A stretch of 64,000 bases of DNA from NCBI RefSeq assembly GCF_006345805.1, contig NC_043005.1, positions 49,352,001 to 49,416,000 of the forward strand. The letters run 5' to 3'. The position numbers and the translations under genes were made by a program. Below, in pieces: positions 38,600 through 52,758 of this stretch. Under the pieces are notes generated by a model. That model was given only the letters and a program-made list of their open reading frames with translations, was not told the DNA's origin and did not search any database. Numbering within the stretch: the stretch's first letter is position 1; the number at the start of each line of letters is the position of its first letter. The stretch is from Octopus sinensis. Its lineage: Eukaryota.

Positions 38600-40700
38600 C
38601 ATCATCATCATCATCGTCGTTTAACGTCCGTTCTCCATGCTAGCATGGGTTGGACGGTTCGACGGGGTTCTGGAAGCCAGAAGGCTGCACCAGGCTCCAG
38701 TCTAATCTGGCAATGTTTCTACAGCTGGATGCCCCCTTCCTAACGCCAACCACTCCGTGAGTGTAGTGGGTGCTTTTTACGTGCCACCTGCACAGGTGCC
38801 AGGCGGGGCTGGCAACGGCCACGGTCAGATTGGTGTATTTTATGTGCCACCGGCACGGAAGCCAGTCGAGGCGGTGCTGGCATCGGCCACGAGTCGGATA
38901 GTGCTTTTTACGTACCACCAGACCAGGGATCCTGGCTGGTTCAATTCGATTTCGATTTCGCTTGCCCCAACATGTCCTCACAAGCAAAGGGGGTTGGCAT
39001 GGGTGCCTGTCGTACGGTCGCATTGGAGTATTTTACGTGCCACGGCCACGAGTCGGATAGTGCTTTTTACGTACCACCAGACCAGGGATCCTGGCTGGTT
39101 CAATTCGATTTCGATTTCGCTTGCCCCAACATGTCTTCACAAGCAAAGGGTTTGGCATGGGTGCCTGTCGTACGGTCGCATTGGAGTATTTTACGTGCCA
39201 CGGCCACGAGTCGGATAGTGCTTTTTACGTACCACCAGGCCAGGATCCTGGCTGGTTCAATTCGGTTTCGATTCGATTTCGCTTGCCCCAACAGTCTTCG
39301 CAAGCATGGGGGGGTTGGCATGGGTGTCTGTCGTCGGATGAGGTTCTATATCGACTTCGCTTGCCTCAACCGGTCTTTGTGTCCAAGGGAGGAAAGGCAT
39401 TCATAAGTGGGCTGGGCTCACTTGTCCTGCCTGGTCTTCTCACGTACAGAATATTTCCAAAGGTCTCGGTCTCTGGTCATTTCCTCAGTGAGGCCTAAAG
39501 TTCGAAGGTCGTGCTTCACCACCTCGTCCCAGGTTTTCCTGGGTCTACCTCTTCCACGGGTTCCCTCAACTGCCAGGGATTGGCACTTTCTCACACACCT
39601 ATCTTCATCCATTCTCGCCACATGACCATACCAGCGCAATCGTCTCTCTTGCACACCACAACTGATGCTTCTTAGGTACAACATTTCTCTCAAGGTGCTA
39701 ACGCTCTGTTGAGTATGTACACTGACATTACACATCCATCGGAGCATACTGGCTTCATTCCTCACGAGCTTACGCATGTCCTCAGCAGTCACGGCCCATG
39801 TTTCGCTGCCATGTAGCATGGCTGTTCGTACACACGCATCATACAGTCTGCCTTTTACTCTGAGCGAGAGGCCTTTAGTCAACCAGAGAGGTAAGAGCTC
39901 CCTAAACTTTGCCCAGGCTATTCTTATTCTAGCAGTTACACTTTCAGCGCACCCACCCCCACTACTGACTTGGTCCCTAGATAGGGAAGCTATCAACTAC
40001 TTCTAGTTTTTCCCCCTGGAAAGTGACGGAAGTTGTTTTCTGCAGATTTTCGGAGGTTAATGCTCCCGAGCATCTGCCACATACAAAAACTATCTTCCCA
40101 GTTAGCCTACCTTTGACATTGCTGCACCTCTTATGTGTCCATAGCTTACACTGGGTACATCTTATAGAGTTTCTACCTACACCTTTTCTACAGATCGAGC
40201 AGGGCCATCTTCCTGAAGATATTTGGGATTGTCTACCTTTCTACTTATTAGTACTTTGGTTTTAGCTAGGTTGACTCTAAGGCCCCTTGATTCTAAACCC
40301 TCCTTCCACACCTGGAACTTCTCCTCCAGTTCTGATAGTGACTCAGCAATAAGAGCAAGGTCGTCAGCGTAGAGGAGCTCCCAGGGACAGCCTGTCTTGA
40401 ATTCCTCCGTAATTGCCTGGAGTACTATGATAAAAGGAGGGGGCTGAGTACTGAACCCTGGTGGACCCCAACCTCTACTTTGAATTCTTCTGTGTACATG
40501 TTGCCAACCCTAACCTTACTTACGGCATCTCTGTACATGGCTTGCACAGTCCTCACCAGCCATTCATCTATCCCTAGTTTCCTCATTGACCACCAGATAA
40601 GGGATCGGGGGACCCTATCAAAAGCTTTCTCCATGTCAACGAAAGCCAGGTACAGGGGCTTATCTTTGGCTAGGTATTTCTCCTGCAGCTGCCTTACCAG

Positions 40701-40703
<3 letters not shown>
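38600..40703 (-). mobile_element. RTE-clade LINE, 5'-truncated, inserted in (TA)n; the 3' UTR contains tandem repeats
   Basis: DMEKAFDRVPR, GVHQGSVLSPLL, LLYADDL, a Cys-rich insert, CVRTAMLHGSETW and RGRGRPRKTW. It has a (GAT)n tail and TA runs on both sides. Confidence 0.95.
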
Positions 40704-40747
<44 letters not shown>

Positions 40748-42379
40748 CTCAAACTTGAAACAGGTAGGCTGGGTTTGTGGGTTTGTCAATTTCTTGTTAA
40801 GTCTCTGCACTAACAATATGCATTAGTGGTGAGCATATAAATCAAAATGCTGTTACAACCTAGTCTATTGAATGCTTTCTTTTCACAAATTTTTCTACTT
40901 ATTCTTCTCTTACTCACTTGCTACTGCAACTACTTTGACAACTATCTTTTCTGTCAGCTTTTTTTCTGCAGCTTGTGTTACTTTTCATGCTATTATTGTA
41001 TGTATAGGTGTAGACATGGTTGAATATCTAAGAAGTTATTTTCCATTTATTAGGTTTGAATTTGAGGTTCAGTTCCACTGCAAAACATAGCAGGTAATCT
41101 GTCTCCTACCACAGTCTTGGACTAAACCAAGCCTTGAGAGAAGACAGAAGCTTTATAAAACCCCATCTCACAAATCATGTCACAGTGGTTCAGTCTGAGG
41201 AATACACGAAGTTGACAAATATTTAGAAATTTCTTGACCATTTTCATAAACAGTTGAACAAGGAGTTAAGTTCAAATAACTGAAATATTTCTTGTTGAGA
41301 CTGATATGAGATTTATTTTTGATAGTACTTGTCATCCTTCAGTTTCTTTTTGCCGCTATACACTACCTTGACTACTGCTGCTGCTGTTTAAGAAGGATAT
41401 CTGCTGTATGTTTTCTGTTTTAAGACAGTAGTGTTTCATTTGAAGGAGATTCGTCTTACTTCAAACAGATTTAGTGTCCCATAGAGATATTTTTGTTGGA
41501 TCAAAAGCAAGATGTTGCTGTTGCTATTTAACCTTGGGTAACCTTGATCGATCAGTCCAAGGATTAAAGGTGCTTCAACTTTGACCATCCCTTCCATTTT
41601 TCAAACATAGAGTGTCTAGGAATTCCTTATACGTGTCCTTTTAAAAACTAATGTTTGCTGTGATACACTGGAGATTTCTGTAATTTCTAGCAACTCAAGC
41701 CACCATATAGAACAGGTATGGGCAGCCTTTTTCAAGAAGCGGGCTGCATGAGACATGGCTCATTATCAGGGGATCACACTGCTAAAAAAGTTCAAGGTAA
41801 TTTTTCGTTGGCATGCCATTCAGAATGTCCCAAGTGCCACAGTTTGCTCATAACTGATGTAGAGGTTTCATTGGAGCATGTGAAGGTTGTTGTTGTAAGG
41901 TGTAGTAGTGACATTTTTTCTTTTGTAGCAAAATTAGAACAGTCATCATCATTGCATCATTTCAAACAATGACATAATCTACTTTTAATTCATTAGTTAG
42001 TTATAAATAGATTAGGCCAGCAGTTATCAAACTCATATATACCAGCTGCCTACCACCATCACCATCACCATTACCATCACCATTACCATCACTTCAATAT
42101 TTGTGAAAATCCTCCCTTTATTAATAAGAAGACACAATAGACAAAATTAAATATGCATGTGTCTATTTCTTATTTCTTTACCGAGTTGTTGAACAAGTTT
42201 AATGAGTTTATTAAACATGGTAATTAATCTGCCTATTTTCAGTCCTCATGAGCCTCTGCCCTTTGAAAATCACTTGATTAGGCTGTATTTTTATACACCC
42301 TTATGGTAGTATTCATGTACTTTATATAACTCAGACTGCATTCTTTACCCATAGACTGTGTAATTAAATTTCTATCCAT

Positions 42380-42660
42380 TCATCCATCCATATTTTCTAC
42401 CAATTATTCCTGGGAGGATCGTGGGGATAGAGTCCTCAGGCACTTTCTCCATAGGGCCATATCAGAAACAACCATCATTAGACTTTCCAGTTGGATACTC
42501 AAGCATGACTAACTGAGATAAGGGATACTATCCAATCACCTTGTTCTTGGTCTACCTCTAGGTCCCCTGCTGGTTGGCTTGGCTTGAAGGATCTATCTTG
42601 TGATTCTTTCCTGCAACTTTCTAATCACATATCAGTAGTACTGGAGCTGCAGTCACTCAA
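42380..42660 (-). mobile_element. Old RTE-type LINE 3' remnant
   Basis: The minus strand gives ILQAKPTSRGPRGRPRTR*LDSI. Confidence 0.55.
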
Positions 42661-44177
42661 AGTTAATTATTCACCAAAAAAAAACCAGAATTGATATTTT
42701 CCGCTTTTATAATATTGTTTCAGTAGCTCCTGTACGCATAATTTTCATATTCACCTCTCAAAGTATTTGAGTCTTACTCTGCAAAGAGACATTTTGATGA
42801 AAAATGTGAAAAAATTAAGAAAATCTTAAAAATTGTCTTTTGTAAAAAGTATCACTGGGGTGTCTCTGCTTCTTGCAGCATAAGGAGAGTTTTTTTACAA
42901 AGCTGCAAGGTAAAACTGCTTTCCGCGTTTAAAGGTAATGAAATTTTATCAGATATATCTGCTTTCTGCTTACAATGTTCAAAGAGTTAAAACAAGGAGT
43001 TTATCTTTATGTGATCCCACCCTCCTGCAAAAAAAATTGTTCAGGCTCTCAGCAGTTGCAAGTTACATTTTACAAGCAACTGTTATTTTAACTTGCCTAT
43101 CATTCCATAATGATCATTTCTTGCTGACCAAGCAGTCTGCAGTTAACATTTCACAGATCAAACCCGTTATCATTTTAAAGTAGTAATAGATTTTCCCTTG
43201 ATGCTTAGCATTGCGATGAAGCTATGTTTCTCTACAGATGAGCTTATATTTGTTTACATCTATGAGAAAACACAGGTTGAATCGCACTGTTATAATTGTT
43301 CAAGTGGAATATTTTCTCATGGTGTTATTATATTATTTCTGAAGTTTATTTATTTAGCACATCAGGTTACTGGATTAAATTTTACTATGTTATAATTATA
43401 TAGTGTTGACATTGGTTTCCAACATTCATGTAAGGCATGGTGTGGTCAACCTTGATTCTTCAACGCTGAATTAGTTCACACAGGTGTTTTGTTTCAACAA
43501 AGCTGTTGTGTTTTTTATGCATTATTTTCTATGGAGAGCATGCAGTTGAAGAAATGACTCATAAAACTACACATACTAGCCTAGTCATATTTAGTTTTTA
43601 TTGAACTAGCCATATCCACTTGAGATGTTTCTTGAGCTCTACATACACTCATTTTGCTTAAGAATTTGAAGTTCTTGATCTTGAAATTGCATTCAGGCTC
43701 CTGGTGGGAGATCTTTTAAATATGTGGATATTACTAATTGACATGTTCAATATATTAGGAAGATTATTGAAGTCTTTATATATATTAATTTTCTCTTTTG
43801 GCTTATTATATTGTTGGTATTAACTGCTATATACACACATACACACACACACACATACACCACACCACACACTCATGTGTAATGTTTATTAAGGGCCTTT
43901 TCAAGTTCATGACATATAACCATTATGTTAAAACTCCATGTATTCCATTACACTCCAAAACAGGTGTTTGGGAAAAAAAATTGTCTTATTAAGAAAATAA
44001 TCACATGTTAAAGATTTTCTTTTGGCCACAATGGTTTTAGAGTGGGAAAAAGAGATACAAGATGAGAGAATGTAGAGTATAGTGTTAAATTATTGATTTA
44101 TAACATCGTTGCAAGGTGTTTTGAGACAACTACACTATGATTATGTAATGTAACTTTATGCAATATTTCTACAGACT

Positions 44178-44270
44178 AAGGCAGTGAGCTGGCAGAATTG
44201 TTAACTTGCCAGGCAAAATGCTTAGTGGTATTCCGTCCATCCTTACATTCTGAGTTCAAATTCTGCCGGG
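44178..44270 (+). mobile_element. SINE family B head (tRNA-derived), decayed
   Basis: aaggcagtgagctggcagaattgttaac...gagttcaaattctgcc is homologous to the reverse complement of 53700-53814. Confidence 0.7.
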
Positions 44271-46616
44271 CACCAAGCTGCTATTTGTATTTGATCTGGT
44301 TTTATTGTTATTGAATTCATTAGGATCCACTTCTTTTCCTTCCCTAAATACCAAGATAAAGAAGTAGAAAGCTACATTTTAGAATGCAGACAATTATGTT
44401 CCTAGGCAAAAGTTATTTATATAATCATACAACATTGACATATGAATTATAATGGATTAAGAAAAATGTAATGTAGTTATTAACAAAATGAACCACAATG
44501 AATTGTAACATAATTATAAAATTGGTCAGTTCTATTGTCATAATAAGCTGTTGAAAGACTTTAATAAAGACTAAGTTCACAGTAAGTCAAAATATATTCA
44601 GATATGACATTTATTCATAACCTACAACAATGTTTTGTTTAATATTAAGTTGCACAAAAAACCATATTGTACCTTTTCTGTAACATAAAAAAAGGGAAAA
44701 ACTGACATTGGCAGGTTTTGAATTTAGTGAGCTGGAATGAATACTGCAAAGAAATTTAATTTGATTCTTAAGTAACTCAGTATTTGTAAACCAATAAAAA
44801 TTCATCTATTTTTAGCAAATTTTCTCATCTTCCTTTCTTGAATAATACCACTTGTTAAGGTGTGGTCATTCAATGTTGGTGTTTATTCAGAGCTGAGGTA
44901 TTTATGTATGGATTACACAAAGGAATTCAGCAAGAATTTATAGAGATGACCTCACACAATTCTCAACATAGTTGCCCTGTATGTCATGAAAAGTATTCCT
45001 TATTGAAGCCTAGTAATGAAGCAGAAGCAGATATTTATTACACTTCTAATATGATATCTTATAATGTAATCTACTTCACTCTCAATCAATGTTTCACATA
45101 TTGCTGTCATTTTCACCTGCAGCATTACACGGAAAACATCAATATGCATTCATAACACCTACTACTACTACGACTACTACTACTACTACTTTCTAACAGG
45201 CACAAACCACACATTTTAAGGGAAGTGTTTATTTGAATTAATCAACCCTTAATATTAGTATTTTTTTAATTAAATAATGACGAATTCAAATTTTGGCATG
45301 TGCTGTCCTTGAGGCTTTTCCACGTACAACCAGCCATCACTTCTTCTATTACATTGATGGTTATTGGCCTTTCACAGAACTTTGCATTTCTAGTCAAGAG
45401 CCACTGCGATCACTGAGGTAAAGTCCACTTCTATCCTCAAGCTTCAACCTATCCCAAACCATTAAGCAAAATGCTGCTGAAAAGCCATGCACATTTTCTT
45501 GGAATCGGGTAGTGCATGCTTTGGTACTGTATTGTACCTCTACCACCCAAGTCTATTGTGCAGCTTTTGTTACTGTGTCTTAAAATGTGCACTCTAGGTC
45601 TGACAATACAGCCTTCACCTTTTTTATGTTGAAGAAATAGTTAAGGGCAAATCCCACCACAACCCTTTCCTAAATACCTCTTCTAAGTTTGTTATTAGGG
45701 CTCCCTCTAATTTAGTTTCCTGTATTGTTACTCCTTTATTAAACCTTATCAATTTTGTTCTAATCATTCTTTTCAGGATGAGCTACAATTTGTTGACAAT
45801 TGCTCTAATCAGTGCCCTCTAACTAATTCACAAATCCATTCGTTGTAATCTTTGTGCCCCAGGAAAGATGCATTCAGTTTCCTGTAACTGGATTTTTGCC
45901 TATGAAGCTTATCTCAGTAAACCATACAGATCCCAAATTTGTGGTCTGTGTAGCTGATGACTTTAAAATGAAGACAACCTATGTTATCCCCATCTTCCTA
46001 TCTACTGGCATATCACAAGTTTATCACCCTCATTGCAGGGCATGTCAAAGTAGTTTGAATTAGGGAGGATTGTTATGTCATGTGTTGTGTTGCTGATGTT
46101 AACAATGTTGCTCCCGTGCCTATTGTTATCAGGGATGGGGGGGGGGGGGGCGTTTCGTCACTGTATTTTGGTTGATACTGCTGTTTCTCTTCTTGTTGTC
46201 ACTACTGCTGCTACTTTTGTGGCTAGCCATGCTGACTTTACTACTGTAGTTGTTGTTCTTGTTGCTGGTGTTGTGGTTGCATGCTAGTGTTAATCTACTG
46301 TTACTTTTGTAATTGATGTGGTTGCTGTTATGGCAATGTCTTTGACAGCAGTGGGGATTCTTTCATCTTTTGCTGTGGATAGAGAGCCGTTTGCTGATTT
46401 ATGACACTATATAAGCCACACCTTACACTATATAAGTGACACCTAGCAGCAGTGATAGTGATAGTGATGGTGATGGCGATGGTGGTGATGCTGGTAGTGT
46501 TAAAGACAGCCACTGTACATTCTATTGTTTTTGTTGCCATTGTTGTTGTTAACCATTCTATTGCCTTTGCCTGTCAAGTTGGCAAAGGTGATAGTGATGG
46601 CTGCGCTTTGGTTTAA

Positions 46617-46837
46617 CCCTTTCGTTACTGTATTTATTTTGAGATGCTCTTTGTTTCTTTCAATTATTTTAAATATAACAAAGAATTTAGTAAAATAACT
46701 TGATTATCATTAAGCTAGTATTAGGAATATAAATTGCGACTAAGGTTTGGTGGTATATTTTGATGCAAAACTTATGAAAACAAGACATTTGTACTACAGA
46801 GCCAGAGCCGGTTTTGGCCGGGTTGGTAACGAAAGGG
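46617..46837. mobile_element. piggyBac-type MITE
   Basis: TIR ccctttcgttac / gtaacgaaaggg with TTAA on both sides (46613-46616 and 46838-46841). Confidence 0.9.
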
Positions 46838-47992
46838 TTAAACTGTGGAACACAGTGTGAAGACTCGTTCAAAATACTTCTTTCTCCTCCAGTTTCCTGT
46901 TGAAAACCTTAAGGCCAAGTTTTGATATTAAAAAAAAAAGAAAGTTAAATTCCTGAAAATATTGAAAAATTTGCTTTAAAGGGTGAAAGCAAATTGGAAC
47001 TGACCGGTTCTTTAAGATCCTGGTCAGTTTAGCAGCAGTTCAGAACAAGAATATTTAAAATTTTAAAACAGCTAAAGAGCAAAACTTATCAGTGATTGAT
47101 TCAAAGTATGAACACAATCAAACATTAAGAACAATTGACATTAATATATGACTTCAATAATAAGCTGTAGTTTTAACATACAATATTAACAACAAGCCCC
47201 TGACATTTAAAATATTATTTAAAACACTTGACTCTTGTTAAAACACTTGACTCTTGTGGTTGATGGTATTGCAGAAACAATAACTAAATCACCTCTGCTG
47301 TACCTGGGCTACTTTTAGAAGCAAGTGCCTTACCCCAAGTACATTTATTACTTTTCCATTCATGGATCCACCAGAGAGGAGAGACAATACACTAGCAGAA
47401 TCCACAGAGCTGCAGGAATTGTCAAATATTGGTTATACTTAACCAATATCTTAGGGTCCTTCTGGTGTCCATACTGAGCAATTGTTCAGGGCCTCACGGA
47501 TCTAGATGTCCAATTCTGACCTATGTATATTGTGGTTTGCTGTCAATAAATAAATTGCATAGAACCCAGTACATTCATTTGCTCGGAATCTTACAATAAT
47601 GCTAAGGTGACTCTGGGAAGCAGGCATAGTTTGTTCAGAGCCAGTTCCACTCAAAAATGTGAATATAGACCTTTGATATAACTAACTGTACATTCTTAGT
47701 TTTAAAAGATTTGGGAGAAAGGTCTGAGTCATCTAAAATATGCATAAGCAAAAGAAATTACACAAAATGATGACAAAAACATTATTATTGTTTAACTTCA
47801 TTTAATTAATTATTTGATGTAGTTTTAATGGTGGATCAGGAAAGAAGACCATGAAAGGTTACTCTACTGGGTTTAAAGTCTCCTCAACTTTGGGCTGGCC
47901 ATTTCTGATTCAGGGAGCACAGGGTTTCTAGACAGAAGTACACTCAAGTTACAGGGAGGTGTAACAAAGGAAAATTACATTTTTTATATCTA

Positions 47993-48041
<49 letters not shown>

Positions 48042-48069
48042 GTATTTTTTATTTTCTTTTATTCTTCTC

Positions 48070-48680
48070 CATGTTTTAGTTATTTGACTGTGGGCATGCT
48101 GGAGCACTGCCTGAAGAGTTTTTGTTGAACAATTTGACCCAAGGACTTATTTTAAAGCCTAGTACTTATTCTACCAGTCTCTTTGCCAAACCACTGAGTT
48201 ATGGGGACATAAATACACCAACACCCGTTGTCAAGTAATGATTGTGGGGGGTGGGGTGGCAAACACATAAAGAAACACACACTCACATACATACATACAT
48301 GTGTGTATATATATATATACATGCAACAGGCTTCTTTCAGTTTCTATCTACCAAATCCACTCAGAAGGCTTTGATCAGCACAAGGCTATAGTAGAAGATA
48401 CTTTCCCAAGGGGTCATGCAGTTGGTCTGAAATCAGAACCACGTGGTTGGGAAGGAAGCTTCTTACCACACAGTCCCCACCATCTGTTGACAATTGACAA
48501 CTGGTGTTGGTTTGTTTACATCTCTATAACTTTATGTTTCAGCAAAAAAGAGATTGATAAAATAAGTGCTAGACTTATCAAAAAAATAACTACTGGGATT
48601 GATTTATCAAATTAATTTCCTTCAAGATGGTGGCCTAGCATTGATGCAGTCCAATGGCTGAAACAAATAAAAGATAAAAG
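48070..48680. mobile_element. Decayed SINE family A copies: minus 48070-48480, then a plus-strand 3' half
   Basis: Homologous to the younger copies, with CpG changed to TpG/CpA. Confidence 0.75.
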
Positions 48681-49209
48681 GTAACGGGAATGGATAAAAG
48701 ATAACCAAATGGATATTGTAGGAATAGACAATTTAGTTATTTGAAGATTTGCTTCCCATTGTATGATACTCTGATGATAAGGCTGTGCTAGAGAGGACTA
48801 TGTTGTGCAAGAGAATAGATTTGGTCATGAGAAATGAACTTTTAGTTAATTGCGTTGAAACAGTAGTGGTATTACAGTTAGGCATGGATTAATATAAACT
48901 GCAAAATTTGAATTTAGAAATATTTACATAGTTGCTTATAAAATCCAACCATGATGATGATCATCATTTAACATCCACTTTTCCATGCTTGCATGAGTTG
49001 AACAGAGTTTATTTGAGGCAGATTTTCTGTGGCCAAATGAGTTGCCTATCACCAATCCTCACCTGTTTCCAAGCAAGCTAATATTTCACCATAGCCAGAC
49101 TAATTATTGAAGAATATTGAAAATGAATGATACTGCATGTATGACAGTGACAATCATATGCAGCTATCATAAGATGTCAAGCTGAGGAAACACAATGACA
49201 GACAGACAG

Positions 49210-49242
<33 letters not shown>

Positions 49243-49588
49243 TGACAGCTTCTTTCAGTTTTTGTCTACCGAATCCACTCACAAGGATTTGAGTGACTTG
49301 GGACTATAGTAGAAAACACTTACCCAAAGGACCATGCAGTGGGACTAGACCCTGAACTATGTACTGGGTAGTAAACTTCTTATCACATAGCCACACTTGC
49401 ACCTAAAAATTTTCAGCCCCCCTCAGCATGGAATCAGATCCTAGCTTATCCCATGTGAAGATACTTATCACTATACCTCTGAGAAAGGTAATATTGTAGA
49501 GTTATAAATAAGATTGTAATTCTTCAGAATATCAAAATATAAAGTTAACAATAAATAAAATATAATCATTTGTTCTTTTCTACAGAAA

Positions 49589-49807
49589 ATGAATACCAAG
49601 AAAAAAAACACAAATAAAATGCCCAATTCAAACAGAATGATTGGCATTTCTTCTTTGTTCCGGGATGAAAACGACCAATTAAAAATGATCTTTGACAAGG
49701 AAGATGGTTCGCAGACAATCAAATCTAGCTCAAAATTTGAAGGCTTGCAGAATTTAAAATTCATGCCTGGAACCATCAGATCACCTTCTCGTGATCTACA
49801 AGCATCA
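49589..49807 (+). CDS. Coding exon 1 (of those visible) of a myosin-VII-tail-like MyTH4 protein
   Basis: Acceptor ttgttcttttctacag (exon starts 49586), aaaATG context, 73 open codons MNTKKK...DLQAS, donor gtaagt, phase 0. Confidence 0.7.
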
Positions 49808-50235
49808 GTAAGTTACAAATTTCATATATATTTTTCCCTAATTGAAACATACTTCCATTGCATGATGACCATAGAGGTAACTATCCTAATGAGTCTATTT
49901 ACAATGAGATTCAATTGTTCATTTTAAAAGTTTGATTCCATTTGTGTTACCAGTAACCCTGTTTTCTCCTATCAAAGTTACAGACTTTGGAGCTACATAT
50001 GAAAAGTCTTTTAAAAACACACATTCTATACCTTATTCTCAATTATTGTCCCAGTACAATTTCAGTGTCATTGAAGAGTTTGGATAAAACGCCTTGCAAT
50101 ATTGTTTTAATTCTCTACTTTCTGAGTTCAAACCTCATGGAGGTTCAACTTACCATTTTATCTTTACAGTGTTGATAAATAAAGTAGTAGTTAAGTACTG
50201 GTATAGATTCTTCTCTCTCTCTCTCTGTATGTATA

Positions 50236-50284
<49 letters not shown>

Positions 50285-50290
50285 ATATGT

Positions 50291-50544
50291 GGAGGCGCAT
50301 GGCTTAGTGGTTACAGTGTCAGCACCATGATCATAAGATTGTGGTTTTGATTCCTGGACCAGGCGACGCGTTGTGTTCTTGAGCAAAACACTTCATTTCA
50401 CGTTGCTCCAGTACACTCAGCTGGCAAAAATGAGTAACGCTGTGATGGACTGGCATCCCATCCAGCTGGGGAACACATATGCCATAAAAGCCGGGAAACC
50501 AGGTCCATGAGCCTGGCTAGGCTTTAAAAGGGTGCATTTATTTA
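50291..50544 (+). mobile_element. SINE family C: tRNA head with a CORE-like body
   Basis: Box A/B-like tggcttagtggtt...ggttttgattcc, then gtgttcttgagcaaaacactt...ctccagtacactcagctggcaaaaatgagt. Confidence 0.7.
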
Positions 50545-50577
50545 TTATATATGTATATATATTTGTCCGTCTTTCTA

Positions 50578-51842
50578 TCAGGTCATTGAGAATGGAATGT
50601 CCGATTTTCTTATACATCAAGTTTGACAGTCATTAACTCTAAAGTTTTATCTTGACAATTCTTTGTTTTACAACATTGAAGAGTTATATCCTTACTTTTC
50701 AAAATGCCATTCATGGAGTCTGATTATATTGTTAGTTTTCTCTTGGAAATCAATTTTTGTGAACCCATGGATAGATAAAAAATTCCTGTTGTTTATGAAT
50801 ATGAGCTCCGTCATGGAACCAATGCATCCCAGACAGCTTGAAACATCAATGAGGTGTTTGGTGAAAATGTAGTGAATGAGTGCACTGTACATCGATGGTT
50901 TAAGAAGTTCTGGTCTGGTGACTTTACTCTTGAAAATCAGCCCTGTGGTAGACCTGAGACCAAGGTGGATAATGATGAGCTGGAAACTGTAGTGGAAACA
51001 TACATTTCAAACTATGGGAGAGTTAGCAGCAAGGTTTGATGTTTCAATTCCAACTATATTGGACCATCTGAAACAAACTGGCATGGTTAAGAAGCTGGAA
51101 CACATGAAGTGAACAAGCATCAAATGGTACGTTATCTTGAAACTTGCTGTTCTTTGCTGTCACGGCATAAAAGCAAACCATTTTTGCATCTTATTGTTAC
51201 ATATGATGTAAAACAGATTCTTTTCAACAATAGCAAGCATTCTGCATGGTGGTTGGATAGAGACAAAGTGCCAAAACACAATCCAAAAAGAATATTAATC
51301 AAAAAAAGCTAATGGTATCTGTTTGATGGTCCAGCACTGGTGTCATTCGTTACAACTACATGAGACCTGGTAAGTCAATTACAGCAGATGTAGTCATCAA
51401 TCAATTGGATGAAATGATGAGTGAACTTGTAATTAAACAACTACAACCAAGTTTAGTCAATAGAGACAGGCCAATTCTCTTGCAAGACAATGCTCGACCA
51501 CATGTTGCACAAAGAACATTACTCAAGTTACAGGAACTGAACTTGGAAGTACTGTCATCCACCAGACCTTGCACCAACTGACTATCATGTTTTCCAGGCA
51601 TTAGACAACTTTTTGCAAGGGAAAAAACTTCAAGTCTGAAGTTGTAAAAACAGCTTTACATGATTTCATCACCTCTTGCTCTCCAGAACTCTTTACTGCC
51701 GACATAAATAAGCTACCGGTAAAATGGCAAAATTGTGTTGATAATTTAGGTGCATACTTTGATAAAATTCATTGCATTTTCTTGAGATAAAGTAAAATGA
51801 ACTTCCAGTTCAAAATCAGTCATTTCATTGTTAATGACCTGA
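50578..51842 (+). mobile_element. Full-length but heavily decayed mariner (DD34D, Hsmar1/mellifera-like)
   Basis: TA-tcaggtcatt...aatgacctga-TA ends. Peptide fragments RWFKKFWSGDFTLENQPCGRP, FLHLIVTYD, LLQDNARPHVA and PDLAPTDYH; many stops. Confidence 0.85.
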
Positions 51843-52119
51843 TATTTCTCTCTCTGTCTCTTCTTTTTCCCACTCTCAGAACTAAGTTGCATCATGAGAA
51901 AGGTTGTAGAGGTTTCCTTTCTCTAGAAATGGTAAAAGGTGTGCAATGGACAAACAAAGCTCTCCTCATATAAAGACAACAAAAACAAAAACAGAACAAT
52001 GTCATATGCCAGTGGAAACATCCTAAGACAAGTGCAATTCTGCACAAGACAAAAATTAAGAAAACATTAAATACATGTTTACTATGAATAATATTTACCA
52101 TAATATTTACAATAATATT

Positions 52120-52325
52120 TACTAGTGACCGAGGCCTTTGGAAATATGCTGTGCGTGAGAAGACTTGGCAGGACAAGTGAGTCCATCCCGTGTCCCTTCC
52201 TTGGACACGCAAAGACCTGTTGAGGCAAGTGAAGTCGAAATCGAACCCATGCCAACCTCCCTTCATTGGACACTAACTTGCTTGTGAAGACCTGTTGGGG
52301 CAAGTGAAATCGGAATCGAAATTAA
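52120..52325 (+). mobile_element. RTE family end-of-ORF/3' UTR fragment
   Basis: Homologous to the reverse complement of ~39260-39480. Confidence 0.75.
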
Positions 52326-52344
52326 ACCAATCCTATCACTGGCC

Positions 52345-52600
52345 ATATGTGTCGCAGCAAGACTCTGCTCCCTCTCACACAACCTGCATACTTCAGGAGT
52401 GGATTGCCACATGTTTCCATGATCATGTTACCTCTAACATTTGGCCTCTTCACTCTCCTGATTTAAACTCACTGCATTACTATGTCCGGAGTGTCATTGA
52501 GAAGAAGACCAACAAGTGTGCCCTCAATAACAAGGCTGTAAATGAGGCTCATGATGGCTTTATCAAATGGCTTTTGTGCTGCATATGTAAGAATATGTGT
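52345..52600 (+). mobile_element. maT/DD37D transposase remnant
   Basis: QQDSAPSHT...WPLHSPDLNSLHYY has a 37-residue spacing with the third D changed to H. Confidence 0.7.
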
Positions 52601-52758
52601 GCCAAATTCTATAAAAATATATTGGTTTTTCTAATAAATATTTTTGTTTCCCTTAAAGGCTTGTTCTCAAACAGCTGATGCACCTCCTATGAATATTATT
52701 TACAAATTTGTCTATATGAGTACAGTATTTATGAATATAATCTACTTTCAACTTTCAG

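Noticed and set aside
38884-39335. CRISPR-like periodicity (also 26620-26965 and 19981-20064)
   Set aside because: The units are contiguous tandem repeats with no unique spacers, there are no cas genes, and the context is eukaryotic.
44862-45155. 97-aa ORF as an upstream exon of the myosin-like gene
   Set aside because: It has no myosin similarity and no convincing splice-site pair in a compatible phase.
46893-47105. Acceptor/donor pair (ctcctccag ... caaa|gtatga) as an upstream exon
   Set aside because: It has stops in all three frames. It could only be a UTR exon, which sequence alone cannot support.
47400-47600. Minus-strand YAIY...IYIGQ resembling a GIY-YIG remnant
   Set aside because: Too decayed and frameshifted to call with confidence.
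50291-50360. tRNA-like box A/B sequences (also the heads of SINE families A and B)
   Set aside because: They continue into SINE bodies, are multicopy and decayed, and no complete cloverleaf can be built.
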